Positions 49,449 to 59,828 of a stretch of 64,000 bases of DNA are shown here, in pieces; position 1 is the stretch's first letter; each line of letters begins with the position of its first letter. The notes under the pieces were generated by a model. That model was not told the DNA's origin. It saw only the letters and a list, made by a program, of their open reading frames with translations, and did no database searches. Both the position numbers and the translations under genes were made by a program. Origin of the DNA: Dehalococcoidia bacterium (GTDB lineage: Bacteria; Chloroflexota; Dehalococcoidia; UBA2979); the NCBI GenBank assembly GCA_020634075.1, contig JACKCJ010000013.1, forward strand, positions 3,298 through 67,297, written 5' to 3'.

Positions 49449-51212
49449 CTAGCGCGTCGGGAAGGAGCGGCGGAGGAACGTCGGCAGGTCCGCCTCGGTG
49501 AGGGCGTCGGGCGAGGTCGGGTCGGGCTTGATCTGCCCGAGCTTGATCGGCTCGATGTCCTCCTGCTGGTCCAGCACCTGCTTCATGCTGAGCTTCTTCA
49601 CGCCGCTGAAGCCCGTGGCGATGAGCGTGATCCGGACCTCGTCCTTGAGGCTGTCGTCCAGGCTCGTGCCGAAGATGATCTCCGCCTCCGGGTCCACCAC
49701 GCTCGCGATGACGCGGGCGGCGGAGTCCAGCTCGCGGAGGCCGAGGTCCCGGGGCCCCGTGACGTTGAACAGCACGCCCGTCGCGCCGGTGATGTCGACC
49801 TCGAGCAGCGGGCTCGAGATCGCCTGCCGGGCGGCGTCAGTGGCGCGGTTCTCGCCGCGGCCGGCGCCGATGGCCATGAGGGCCGGGCCGGCGTCCGACA
49901 TGATCTTGCGGACGTCCGCGAAGTCCAGGTTCACGAGGCCCGGCACCGTGATCAGCTCGCTGATGCCCTGGATGCCCTGCCGGAGCACGTCGTCCGCCAT
50001 CGAGAAGGCTTCCTCGATGGAGACCTTGTCGTCGCCGAGCTGCAGGAGCCGGTCGTTGTGGATCACGATGAGCGTGTCCACCTTGTCCTGCAGGTCGCGG
50101 ACGCCTTCCTCCGCCTGCTGGCGGCGCTTGGCGCCCTCGAACGTGAAGGGCTTCGTGACCACGCCGATGGTGAGGGCGCCCATCTCCCGGGCGACCTCTG
50201 CCACGATCGGGGCGGCGCCGGTGCCGGTGCCGCCGCCGAGGCAGGCGGTAACGAAGACCATCTCCGCGCCGGCAAGCGCCTCCGCGATCGCCTCGCGGGA
50301 TTCCTCGGCGGAGCGAGCGCCGCGCAGCGGGTCGGCGCCGGCGCCGAGGCCGCGGGTGAGCCGGTCGCCGATGCGGACGCGGATCTCAGCCTTGCAGTGC
50401 TCCAGCGCCTGCATGTCCGTGTTCATCGCCACGTACTGCACGCCCGGGAGGCGGGCGCCCAGCATGCGGTTCACGGCGTTCGTGCCGCCGCCGCCAACAC
50501 CGACCACCTTGATGGGCGGCAGACCTTCAAACTCGACCATCTGGGTACCTTCCGTTCGTGCGGGCTTCGCTGCCCGCGGGGGTGGAGGGCTGCTGGTGCC
50601 GTAGCCGCTACGCGGTGCGTGCGCGCTCGGAGCCTCCGCCTTCGGGCTCGTCTGCTCCCCCTGCGGGGCACGGGTGGTCTTCGCCTCCGCAGCGGGCGCT
50701 GCTGAGGACTTGGCTGCTGAGGACTTGGTGGCCGCTGCCGAGGCCTTGGGGGCGTCGACCTGGGCGGCTTCGAGTTCCGCGAGGATCGACTTGTAGTCCG
50801 TCTCGTATTCGGACGAGTGGCCCGGGGGCGCCGGGTCCGCCGCGAGGTCGAGCGACGCCGCAGCCTGCTCGGTCGCGCTCTGGGCCTCCGCCGACGGCAT
50901 GACGGCCGACGAGGCCGCCGTGATCACCGGCGCGAGAGGCTCCTCGGCCGGCTGCGCCGCTGCCGGCTCGTTCTCCGTCGCGTCTTCGGCCGTGCCCGTC
51001 TCGATGATCGGGGCCTGCTCGACCGCGAGGGCGGCCTGTGGGGCATCCTCGACGTCGTCCGTGGCTTCGGCGTCGTCCTCCGGCGAGGGGACGACGGACA
51101 GGCGGCGCTCATGCACCTCCTGCCGGGCCGCGGCCAGGTAGTCGAAGAGCGTGCCACCGCCCATCGGGTCTCCGCCCTCGTTGGGGCGGTGTGACCGTTC
51201 CTGCTCGTTCAT
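49449..51212 (-). CDS. ftsZ: Cell division protein FtsZ with long N-terminal extension (internal start candidate at 50540)
   Basis: [35 protein letters not shown]; preceded in frame by about 224 aa acidic/Ala/Pro-rich sequence; both ATG 51212 and ATG 50540 have upstream purine-rich SD sequences. Confidence 0.93.
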   Translation of the reverse strand: MNEQERSHRPNEGGDPMGGGTLFDYLAAARQEVHERRLSVVPSPEDDAEATDDVEDAPQAALAVEQAPIIETGTAEDATENEPAAAQPAEEPLAPVITAASSAVMPSAEAQSATEQAAASLDLAADPAPPGHSSEYETDYKSILAELEAAQVDAPKASAAATKSSAAKSSAAPAAEAKTTRAPQGEQTSPKAEAPSAHAPRSGYGTSSPPPPRAAKPARTEGTQMVEFEGLPPIKVVGVGGGGTNAVNRMLGARLPGVQYVAMNTDMQALEHCKAEIRVRIGDRLTRGLGAGADPLRGARSAEESREAIAEALAGAEMVFVTACLGGGTGTGAAPIVAEVAREMGALTIGVVTKPFTFEGAKRRQQAEEGVRDLQDKVDTLIVIHNDRLLQLGDDKVSIEEAFSMADDVLRQGIQGISELITVPGLVNLDFADVRKIMSDAGPALMAIGAGRGENRATDAARQAISSPLLEVDITGATGVLFNVTGPRDLGLRELDSAARVIASVVDPEAEIIFGTSLDDSLKDEVRITLIATGFSGVKKLSMKQVLDQQEDIEPIKLGQIKPDPTSPDALTEADLPTFLRRSFPTR

Positions 51213-51264
51213 CGCACCTCACCTTCCCGGCGCTTGCGGCATCGCCGAGCGCTCATTCGGGTGG

Positions 51265-52503
51265 TCATTGGGGAAGGATGACCCGCATCAAATGCGCCAC
51301 TTTCTTGAAGATCCCGCCCAGTGCCGGTGCGGCGACCGGCGTGGAACGGAACATGATTTCCTGCTCCTTCAGGGCCCAGCGCAGGAGCCCCACGGATGTC
51401 GCGTAGGCGGGGTCATGGAGCAGGTCCGACAGCCCCGCCAGGTGCTGAGGACGGCCCACGCGAGCGGGCAGCCCCATCACCTCTTCGGCCAGTAGATCGA
51501 TGCCCGGGACGGCGGAGGCGCCGCCGGACAGCACGATGCCCGCGGAGAGCACCTCGGGGTCGGCCCCGCGGCGGATCTCAGCCAGCACCAGTTCGAACAA
51601 CTCTTCCGTCCGCGCCTGGAGGACCTGCGCGAGCAGCCGCCGTGGCATCTGCTTCGAGCCCTCCGAGCCGAACGCCTCCACCTCGACTTCTTCGTCCTCC
51701 GCGACCATCGAGGGGATGACGTGTCCGTACTTCCGCTTCGCCTGCTCGGCGGCCGGCTGCGGGACCCGCAGCGCCACCACCAGGTCGCGCGTCATGTGGA
51801 CGCCGCCGATGGGCAGCACGGCGGTGTGCACCACCGCGCCGTCCACGAACACCGCCACGTCCGTCGTCCCGCCGCCGATGTCGACGATGACGACGCCCTG
51901 CTGCATCTCCTCGCGGGAGAGCACGGCTTCAGCCGACGCCAGCGGCTCGAGGATGAGCGACTCGACGCGGACGCCGGCGCCCTCCACGCACTGCATGAGG
52001 TTGTGCATCGCCGAGGACGAGGAGGTGACGACGTGCGTCTCCACGTCCAGCCGTGAGCCGAACATGCCGCTCGGGTCGATGACGTGGTCCTGGCCGTCCA
52101 CGACGTAGTACCGCGGCACCACGTGGATGACCTCGCGGTTCGTCGGGACGTTCACGATGCGGGCGCTTTCGAGGGCGCGCGCGACGTCGTCATCGGTGAT
52201 CGGGTGGCGCGGGTCGCCGATGGCCACGATGCCCCTCGAGTTCATCGAGGAGACGTGGGGGCCGGCGATGCCGACATGGGCGGAGAGGATCCGCGTCCCC
52301 GAGGCGCGTTCAGCGCGCTCCACGGACGAGGCGATCGCCTCGATGCCCGCCTGGATGTTGTCCACCATCCCGCGGGCGAGGCCCGCGGACGGTCCGACCC
52401 CGACACCGAGGATCCGGAGATCCTGGTGCTGGTCCACCTCGGCGACGATCGTGCAGATCTTCGTCGTCCCAACATCGATAGCGGCGATGCTGTGATTGGC
52501 CAT
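51265..52503 (-). CDS. ftsA: Cell division protein FtsA
   Basis: SIAAIDVGTTKICTIVAE, VVIVDIGGGTTDVAVF, GIVLSGGASAVPG. Confidence 0.96.
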   Translation of the reverse strand: MANHSIAAIDVGTTKICTIVAEVDQHQDLRILGVGVGPSAGLARGMVDNIQAGIEAIASSVERAERASGTRILSAHVGIAGPHVSSMNSRGIVAIGDPRHPITDDDVARALESARIVNVPTNREVIHVVPRYYVVDGQDHVIDPSGMFGSRLDVETHVVTSSSSAMHNLMQCVEGAGVRVESLILEPLASAEAVLSREEMQQGVVIVDIGGGTTDVAVFVDGAVVHTAVLPIGGVHMTRDLVVALRVPQPAAEQAKRKYGHVIPSMVAEDEEVEVEAFGSEGSKQMPRRLLAQVLQARTEELFELVLAEIRRGADPEVLSAGIVLSGGASAVPGIDLLAEEVMGLPARVGRPQHLAGLSDLLHDPAYATSVGLLRWALKEQEIMFRSTPVAAPALGGIFKKVAHLMRVILPQ

Positions 52504-52519
52504 CAGCACACGTCCTTCG

Positions 52520-53401
52520 TCATCGCAGCACCACGTTCCGACCGAAGCGGAGGTCAACCTCCGCGACCTGGGGAGAGCCGGTCGCTTCGCGCTCGCTGAG
52601 CTGACGGAGCACCTGCTCGAAGGCCTCAACCTTGAACTCGTAGTTGGACGAGTCGCCAAACACCGCGTCGGGGCCGTCCTGGGCGATGACCGTGAGGCCA
52701 CGGTCACGCTGGAACACCCACGCCGTCGGCGTGAGCCCCGCTTCCTGGAAGACGCGGTCCTCGATGAGCCGTGCGACGAGGTGGACGGTGTCGGGGTCGG
52801 CGCCCTTCCCGTCCTCCAGGTCACGCGGCGAAGCGAGATCGATGATGGTGGGAGCGTCCTCGGGCGCCGGGCGGGACGCGCGGAGGACGTTGCCGTCCGC
52901 GTCGATCACCTGCACGCGGCCGGCCGTCTGCCAGTAGCCCCAGGCCTGGTGCTCCTCGATGGTCACGTGCACCGAGTTGGGCCACGCGCGCTCGACGGTC
53001 ACGGACTTCACCGCCGGGAGGAGGGCGATCTCCTGCTCGGCCTTCGTGGTGTCCAGCGTGAGCATGGACTCGCCGCCGAGCTGGCTCACCGCCGCGACCT
53101 GGCGCGCGCCGACGACCTGGGCGCCGCTGACGTCGATGTTCATCACGCGCAGCGAGTCGCCGGTGAGCAGCCACGCCGCCCCGTAGATGACGCTCGACGC
53201 GGCCACGAGGCCGCCGAGGGCGACGCCGATGCGACGCCACGGCACGTGGAACTCCCGCGGCGGCTTCGGTCGCTCCGCGCGGGCGAGGGTGTACTGGCGC
53301 TGCGGAGCGCGCGAGGACATCGCGCGGCCGCTGACGCCGCGCGGGTTGTAGCGGCGCTGGCGGCGCCCGGGCAGGCGGAGGTTCCCGAACGGGTTACGCA
53401 T
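52520..53401 (-). CDS. ftsQ: Cell division protein FtsQ/DivIB (POTRA)
   Basis: TM then VMNIDVSGAQVVGARQVAAVSQL... LPAVKSVTVERAWPNSVHVTIEEHQAWGYW. Confidence 0.92.
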   Translation of the reverse strand: MRNPFGNLRLPGRRQRRYNPRGVSGRAMSSRAPQRQYTLARAERPKPPREFHVPWRRIGVALGGLVAASSVIYGAAWLLTGDSLRVMNIDVSGAQVVGARQVAAVSQLGGESMLTLDTTKAEQEIALLPAVKSVTVERAWPNSVHVTIEEHQAWGYWQTAGRVQVIDADGNVLRASRPAPEDAPTIIDLASPRDLEDGKGADPDTVHLVARLIEDRVFQEAGLTPTAWVFQRDRGLTVIAQDGPDAVFGDSSNYEFKVEAFEQVLRQLSEREATGSPQVAEVDLRFGRNVVLR

Positions 53402-54467
53402 GCGCCACCCGCCGTTCCGCGTGCCGCTCGAGGGCGAAGTCCACGAGCCGCGAGATCAGCTGGGAGTAGGAAACGCCGGCTTCCTGCCAGAGGCGCGGGT
53501 ACATCGAGATCGGGGTGAAGCCCGGGAGGGTGTTCACCTCGATGCACTTCACGCCGCCGTCCGGCTCCACGAAGAAGTCGACGCGGGAGAGGCCTGAGCA
53601 GTCCAGCGCCTTGAAGGCGCGGACGGCATAGTCCTGCACGAGCGCGGCGACCTTCTCATCGACGCGCGCGGGCACGATCAGCGCGGCCGTGTCGTCGAGG
53701 TACTTCGCGGCGTAGTCGTAGAACTCGGTGCTCGGGGCGATCTCCCCGAGCGGTGACGGCTTCGGGTCGTGGTGCCCGAGGACGGCGCACTCGACCTCCT
53801 GGCCCTCGAGGGCGGCCTCGACGAGCACCTTCCGGTCGAAGCGGCCGGCCTCGGCGATCGCGTCGCCGATGTCCTCGCGGGAGCGGGCCTTGGTCACGCC
53901 GACGGACGAGCCGCCGTTCGCGGGCTTCACGAAGCACGGGTAGCCGATGGCGGCCCCGATCGCGTCGAGCTGCGCCTCGGTGGGCGCGGCGACTTCGTCG
54001 TCGCGGAGGACGACGTAGGCGGCCTGCGGGATCTGGTGCGCCGCGAAGACCGCGCGCATCAGCTCCTTGTCCATGCCGACGGCGCTCGCAGCGACGCCCG
54101 GCCCGACGTAAGGCAGGTCGGCCATCTCGAGCAGCCCCTGCATCGTGCCGTCCTCCCCGAAGGTGCCGTGCACGATCGGGAACACGACGTCCGCGGATCG
54201 CAGCGTCGCGAGCACCTCGAGGTAGGCGAAGGCGCCACCGCCGAAGTCGTCGCCGATGTCGCGACGCTCGCCGGCCTCGACCTGCGCGAGGCGCTCGCGG
54301 GTCTCATCCTCGGAGAGCCATGCGCCGCGCTTGGTGATGCCCACGGGGATCACCTCGAAGCGGTCGGTGTCTGCCTCGCGCATCACGCCGCGAGCGGAGG
54401 TCACGGAGACCTCGTGCTCGGCGGAGCGCCCGCCGAAGATCACGGCCAGCCGCTGCTTCGCGGTCAC
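53394..54467 (-). CDS. ddl: D-alanine--D-alanine ligase
   Basis: VIFGGRSAEHEVSVTSARGV, PIVHGTFGEDGTMQGLLEM, PCFVKPANGGSSVGVTK, EVNTLPGFTPISMYP. Confidence 0.97.
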   Translation of the reverse strand: MTAKQRLAVIFGGRSAEHEVSVTSARGVMREADTDRFEVIPVGITKRGAWLSEDETRERLAQVEAGERRDIGDDFGGGAFAYLEVLATLRSADVVFPIVHGTFGEDGTMQGLLEMADLPYVGPGVAASAVGMDKELMRAVFAAHQIPQAAYVVLRDDEVAAPTEAQLDAIGAAIGYPCFVKPANGGSSVGVTKARSREDIGDAIAEAGRFDRKVLVEAALEGQEVECAVLGHHDPKPSPLGEIAPSTEFYDYAAKYLDDTAALIVPARVDEKVAALVQDYAVRAFKALDCSGLSRVDFFVEPDGGVKCIEVNTLPGFTPISMYPRLWQEAGVSYSQLISRLVDFALERHAERRVAHA

Positions 54468-55924
54468 GCGTCACCTCCCTCGGGCGAGGGGGCGTCGGGA
54501 GCGAGGGCTGCGAGCACCATCGGCCCGAGCTCGGTCACGTCGCCGGCGCCGATGGTGAAGAACACGTCCCCGGCGCGGAGGTCGGCGGCGATCCGCTCGG
54601 TCGCCTCCTCGAAGGAGTCGACGTAGATCGGCTGCGGCTTCTCGATCTGGTCCGCGAGGGCGTGCGCGTCCATGCCGCGGTCCGCCGTCTCGCGCGCCTC
54701 GTAGGTGCGGAGGACGTACAGCGCGTCCAGGGACTCGAAGCAGGTCTTGAAGTCGTCCAGCAGGTACTGGCTGCGCGTGTACGTGTGCGGCTGGAAGCAC
54801 GCGACGAGGCGCCGGCCCGGGAAGCGGGCGCGGGCCGCGGACAGCGTCGCGCGCACCTCGGTCGGGTGGTGGGCGTAGTCGTCGATGATCGTGACGATGC
54901 CGCCCTCGACCGCGGGTTCGCCGATCAGCTCGAAGCGCCGCTTCGCGCCCTGGAACTCGGAGGCAGCCTGGGCGGCGCGGTGGAAGTCCACGCCGGCCCG
55001 CATCGACGCCGCGAGCGCGCCGAGGGCGTTCAGCAGGTTGTGGCGGCCCGGCACGCCGAGGGACAGTCGCCCAAGCTCCTGGCCCGAGAGCAGCACGGTG
55101 CAGTCGAGCCCGCCACGGTCGTTGCCGCGCACCTTCGTGGCGCGCCACTCGACGTCGGTGGCGTCGATGCCGTAGCGCTCGACGTGGGCGCCCTCGGCTT
55201 CGCGGGTGCCGGCGATGGATGCGGCCCACGTGTTGTCGGCGCAGGCGATGAGGATGCCGTCCGGCCGGATGCGGCGCGAGAAGGCGAGGAACGCCTGCCC
55301 CAGCCGCTCCGCGGTGCCGTAGTAATCGAGGTGGTCCGCCTCGACGTTGGTGATCAGGCCGATGCGCGGGGAGTACTGGAGGAACGCCTCGGCGTACTCG
55401 TCCGCCTCCACCACGGCGATGCGTCCGGCACCATCACGGGCATTCGCATCGCCGAGGTCGCGCATGTCGCCGCCGATGAGCACCAGCGGGTCCAGCTCAC
55501 CGCGCACGGCCATCAGCGCGACCATCGAGGAGGTCGTGGTCTTGCCGTGCGTCCCGGCGACTGCGATCACATCGCGGTCGGCCAGCAGCTTCTGGACCAT
55601 CTCGGCGCGCGAGATGAGCGGGATGCCCTGGCGCTTCGCCTCGGCGATCTCCGGGTTGTCGTCCTTCGCGGCGGCCGTGGCGACCACCAGCTCGGCGTCC
55701 TGGACGTTCTCGGCGCGGTGCCCCTGGAAGACCCGGCCGCCGAGGGCGACGAGGCGCTCGGTGTGCTCGGACAGCGTGAGGTCGGATCCGGTCACCACGT
55801 GGCCCCGCTGCAGCAGGATCTGGCCGATGCCGGACATGTGGATGCCGCCGGCGCCCACGAGGTGGACCCGGTGCGGGATGCCGTTGCCGTTGCGGCGCTG
55901 CTGGCGAGGCTTGATGCCGATCAC
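54464..55924 (-). CDS. murC: UDP-N-acetylmuramate--L-alanine ligase
   Basis: VHLVGAGGIHMSGIGQIL, VAGTHGKTTTSSMV, NVEADHLDYYG, YAHHPTEVRATL. Confidence 0.96.
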   Translation of the reverse strand: MIGIKPRQQRRNGNGIPHRVHLVGAGGIHMSGIGQILLQRGHVVTGSDLTLSEHTERLVALGGRVFQGHRAENVQDAELVVATAAAKDDNPEIAEAKRQGIPLISRAEMVQKLLADRDVIAVAGTHGKTTTSSMVALMAVRGELDPLVLIGGDMRDLGDANARDGAGRIAVVEADEYAEAFLQYSPRIGLITNVEADHLDYYGTAERLGQAFLAFSRRIRPDGILIACADNTWAASIAGTREAEGAHVERYGIDATDVEWRATKVRGNDRGGLDCTVLLSGQELGRLSLGVPGRHNLLNALGALAASMRAGVDFHRAAQAASEFQGAKRRFELIGEPAVEGGIVTIIDDYAHHPTEVRATLSAARARFPGRRLVACFQPHTYTRSQYLLDDFKTCFESLDALYVLRTYEARETADRGMDAHALADQIEKPQPIYVDSFEEATERIAADLRAGDVFFTIGAGDVTELGPMVLAALAPDAPSPEGGDA

Positions 55925-57012
55925 GCGGCTGCCTCCCGTTCCGCCAGCTGGAGCACCAGCTCCGCGAGCCGCTTCGCGGCGTCGGGGCGTCCGATGGCAC
56001 GCATCCGTGCCCGCATCTCCTCGCGGCGTTCGCGGTCCTCGATGAGGCCGAGCACGAGCTGCCGGAGCGCGTCGATCTGGTCCTGCGGCAGGTGCACCGC
56101 CGCGCCGCGCGAGGCGAGGTACTCGGCGTTACGGGACTGGTCGGAGAAGGCGCCCGGGATCGCGACGACCGGGAGGCCACTCGCGGCGAGCTCGCCGAGC
56201 GTCGAAGCACCGGCGCGCATCACGGCGATGTCCGCGGCGGCCATGGCGTAGGCCATCTCCTCCGTGTAGTCGTGCAGGTGGTACCGCTGGCGGTAGCTCT
56301 CGGGGAGGTCCGCCGTCGCCTCGCGCACGCGCTCGAAGTCGCCGCGGCCGGTGACGTGGACGACCTGGGCGACGGTGAGCCACTCGGGCAGCGCGTCGAT
56401 GACCGCCTCGTTGATGGCGCGCGCGCCGAGCGACCCGCCGGCCACGAGGACCGTCGGGAGCTTCGGGTCGAGCTCGAAGCGCACCTGGCCTTCCTCGCGC
56501 GTCGCTTCCGAGAACTGGGCGCGCAGCGGGTAGCCGGTGACCACGGCCTTGCCGGGCGGGAACTCGTCCACCGCGGCGTCGACCGCGCAGGCGACCGTCG
56601 TGGCGTATCGGGCGAGGAACTTCACGGCCCAGCCGGGGTAGGCGTCAGGCAGGAAGACGATGAGCGGGACGCCGGCCTGCTTCGCCGCGCGGCCCACCGG
56701 CGCGGCGGCGTAGCCCCCGGTCGCGAAGAGGGCGCCCGGGCGGTCGGCCTCCAGCCAGCGTCGTGCGGTCCTCGAGCCCTGCCACAGCCGCCAGATGCCC
56801 TTCGCCAGCGCCACCGGCTTGCGGACGCGTACCTGCGAGGCGGGCACGGCGCGGAAGGCGATGCCCTCGCGCTGCGCGATCTCGTGCTCGGCGCCGCGCT
56901 CGGTGCCGTAGTAGGTCAGCTCGACATCCCCGAGGGCGCGCAGCTCCTCGGCCACCGCGATCGCGGGGTACACGTGGCCACCCGTCCCGCCGCCGGCGAG
57001 CGCGATCCTCAT
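55921..57012 (-). CDS. murG: UDP-GlcNAc transferase MurG (lipid II synthesis)
   Basis: IALAGGGTGGHVYPAIAVAEEL, GGSLGARAIN, RAGASTLGELAASGLP. Confidence 0.96.
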   Translation of the reverse strand: MRIALAGGGTGGHVYPAIAVAEELRALGDVELTYYGTERGAEHEIAQREGIAFRAVPASQVRVRKPVALAKGIWRLWQGSRTARRWLEADRPGALFATGGYAAAPVGRAAKQAGVPLIVFLPDAYPGWAVKFLARYATTVACAVDAAVDEFPPGKAVVTGYPLRAQFSEATREEGQVRFELDPKLPTVLVAGGSLGARAINEAVIDALPEWLTVAQVVHVTGRGDFERVREATADLPESYRQRYHLHDYTEEMAYAMAAADIAVMRAGASTLGELAASGLPVVAIPGAFSDQSRNAEYLASRGAAVHLPQDQIDALRQLVLGLIEDRERREEMRARMRAIGRPDAAKRLAELVLQLAEREAAA

Positions 57013-58307
57013 CGCGAGCCTCCCTGCGCGGGGCGGCTCGAGGTCGGCCGGGCGGCTACCGGGCGAGACGCCGGGGTGCTCGGGCTGCTCGGTCGGCGGA
57101 CGCCGCGCACCTCGGCGGGCTGTTCGCCCTCGGCGGTGACGGTGTAGCGGGAGACGCCCAGGAGGACGCCCATCGCGAAGAACAGCGTGAGGAGGGCGGT
57201 GCCGCCGTACGAGACGAACGGCAGGGGGATGCCGGTCAGCGGCATCAGCCGGAGGACGCCGCCGACGTTGATCAGCATCTGGAAGGCAATCCACGCCCAG
57301 ATGCCCATCGCGATCAGGGAGCCGAACTGGGTGTCGGAGCGGCGCGCGACCAGCAGGATGCGCACGAGCATCACGAGGAACAGCAGCATCACGACGCTGA
57401 CGCCGATGTAGCCGAGCTCCTCGCCGATGATCGCGAGGATGCCGTCCGTGTGAGAACCGGGGACGTAGAAGAACTTCTGGCGCGAGACGCCCAGCCCGAG
57501 CCCGGTGAACCCTCCCGAGCCGAAGGCGACCAGCAGCTGGATGGCGTGGAAGCCCACGCCCGTCGGGTCCGACTCGGCGTCGAGGAACGCGGTGATGCGG
57601 TCCATCCGGTAGCCGCCGGTGAGGATCAGGACGAGCGTCGCGAACATGCCCGTGGCGGCGAGCACCATGACGTGGAACAGCCGCGCGCCGGCGACGAAGA
57701 ACAGCGTGCCGGTGATCGCCGCGACCATGATCGCGGTGCCGAGGTCCGGCTGCGCCATGATCAGCGCGCCGATGAGGCCCACCATGCCGACGAACGGCAG
57801 CACGCCGAGCGAGACGTCGTGGATGACCTCGCCCTTCGCGGAGAGCCACGCGGCCATGTAGACGAGCACGGCGAACTTGGCGAACTCGGACGGCTGCAGC
57901 GGCGGCAGGCCGCTCCCCAGCGAGATCCAGCGCTGCGCGCCGTTCGACTCGTGGCCGATCAGCAGCACCGCCATCAGCCCGACGAGCGAGAAGAGCATCA
58001 GCAGGGGGCTGAGCCCACGCAGCAGGTGATACGGGAACCGCATCGTCACGAACATCACGACGATGCCGACCACCAGGAACGCGCCCTGGCGCTTCACGAA
58101 GTAGTTGGGGTCGTCGAACTGCGCCTCGCCGAGGGCGTAGGACGCCGAGTACACGGCGATGAGCCCGATGACCGCGAGCACGAGGACCGTGGTCAGCAGC
58201 AGGTAGTCGGGCGCGTGGGCGCGCTGCTTCGACGGAGCCTGCTTGCTGCTCACGCTCGGCTTCGCGTTCGTCGCGGGCTTCAGCTTCGACCCGGGGAGGC
58301 GGCTCAT
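57009..58307 (-). CDS. ftsW: Lipid II polymerase / cell division protein FtsW
   Basis: SEDS family: [31 protein letters not shown]-like, [16 protein letters not shown]. Confidence 0.94.
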   Translation of the reverse strand: [432 protein letters not shown]

Positions 58308-59683
58308 CGCAGCGCCTCCACCGCCGCGCGGAAGGCGGCGCCCCGGATCTCGAAGTTGCGGTACTGGTCGAACGAGGTGGCTGCCGGCGAGAACAGGACG
58401 ATGTCGCCGTTCCGTGCGAGGCGGTGCGCCGCGCGCACAGCCTCGTCGACGGTCTCGACTTCCTCGACGCTCCCGAGGCCGGCATCTCGCACGGCGCGGG
58501 CGTACATCGGGCCGGACTCGCCGAAGGTCACAACGGCCCGGCAGCGCGTGGCGCACTCGCGCGCCATCTCCTCGACGGGCAGCTGCTTGTCGCGGCCCCC
58601 GAGGAGAAGCACGACCGGCTCCGCAAAGGAGCGGAGGCCCGCCAGCGTGCGCTCCGGGGCGGTCGCGATGGAGTCGTTGATGTAGGTGACGCCCTCGATC
58701 GTCGCGACCGGCTCCAGCCGGTGCGGCACGCCCGTGAACTCGCGCGCGGTCGTGCGCGCCGAGTCGAGCGAGACGCCGAGCTGCGTGGCGACCGCGACGG
58801 CCGAGAGGAAGTTCTCGACGTTGTGATCGCCGCGGAGGGCGAGGTCGTGGCGGTCGATGACGGCCGTCGACGCTCCGCCGCTCACCGTCACGACGGTGTC
58901 GCCCTCGAGCTTCACGCCGTCGCCACTGAGGCCGTCGCCGTCGAGCGTGCCGCGCATGGACGTGCCAACGATCCGCGCGGGCGTCGCGTTGACGAACCCG
59001 TGCGCGACCTGGTTGTCCAGGTTCAGGACGGCGGTGTCCTCGGCGCGTTGGAACTGCACGATCCGGCGCTTCAGGCCGACGTAGTCGTCCCAGGAGAAGC
59101 GGTCGAGGTGGTTCGGCGTCACGTTCGTCACGCAGGCGACGTGAGGGCTCACCTGCACGCGGTCGAGCTGCGTGTGCGACATCTCGACGACCACGCGGGT
59201 GTCGGGCTCGATCTGCGGAAGCAGTGAGAGCAGGCCGATGCCGATGTTGCCGCCCATCACGTGCGGCAGCCCTTCGTCCTGGAGCATCGAAGCGACGAGG
59301 GCCGTCGTCGTGGTCTTGCCGGCTGAGCCGGTGATGCCGGTGACCGGGGCGGGGCAGCGCTCCATGAACAGGCCGAGCATCGTGGACACAGGGACCCCAG
59401 CCTCGGTCGCGGCTGCGACCGCCGGGTTATCGGACGGCACTCCCTGTGAGACGAGCACGACGTCAGCGTTCCTCGCGTCCTCCGGCCGGTTGGCTCCCAG
59501 CGACAGTTGCGCGTCCGTGCCGGCGATGGCCTCGATGGCTTCGCGCAGCTCGTTCTCGTCCCGGCGGTCGGACACGGTCACGCGAGCGCCCTCGGCCGCC
59601 GCGAAGCGGACGAGGTCGATCCCCTCGATCCCGAGCCCGATCACCGTCACACGCGCTCCCCGCAGGTTCTGCGTAACTGTCAT
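58304..59683 (-). CDS. murD: UDP-N-acetylmuramoylalanine--D-glutamate ligase
   Basis: VTGITGSAGKTTTTALVASML, NVTPNHLDRF, YINDSIATAPERTLAGL, LLLGGRDKQ. Confidence 0.95.
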   Translation of the reverse strand: MTVTQNLRGARVTVIGLGIEGIDLVRFAAAEGARVTVSDRRDENELREAIEAIAGTDAQLSLGANRPEDARNADVVLVSQGVPSDNPAVAAATEAGVPVSTMLGLFMERCPAPVTGITGSAGKTTTTALVASMLQDEGLPHVMGGNIGIGLLSLLPQIEPDTRVVVEMSHTQLDRVQVSPHVACVTNVTPNHLDRFSWDDYVGLKRRIVQFQRAEDTAVLNLDNQVAHGFVNATPARIVGTSMRGTLDGDGLSGDGVKLEGDTVVTVSGGASTAVIDRHDLALRGDHNVENFLSAVAVATQLGVSLDSARTTAREFTGVPHRLEPVATIEGVTYINDSIATAPERTLAGLRSFAEPVVLLLGGRDKQLPVEEMARECATRCRAVVTFGESGPMYARAVRDAGLGSVEEVETVDEAVRAAHRLARNGDIVLFSPAATSFDQYRNFEIRGAAFRAAVEALR

Positions 59684-59828
59684 AGCGGGTAAGCCGAATT
59701 TATCAACACGGTATAGCACACCCGTGCGTCCGCAAACAGCACCCGTCCGCGCGTAAACGTCGAGGACCTTCGGGCGAACCTCGGCAGCGCTGCCGTATTC
59801 GCGATCCGAGCTGCGCGGTTTGCACAGG

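Noticed and set aside
55921-58485. 854-aa minus ORF apparently fusing an N-terminal region to MurG
   Set aside because: Upstream part is a shifted-frame shadow of ftsW; MurG begins at ATG 57012 with MRIALAGGGTGGH
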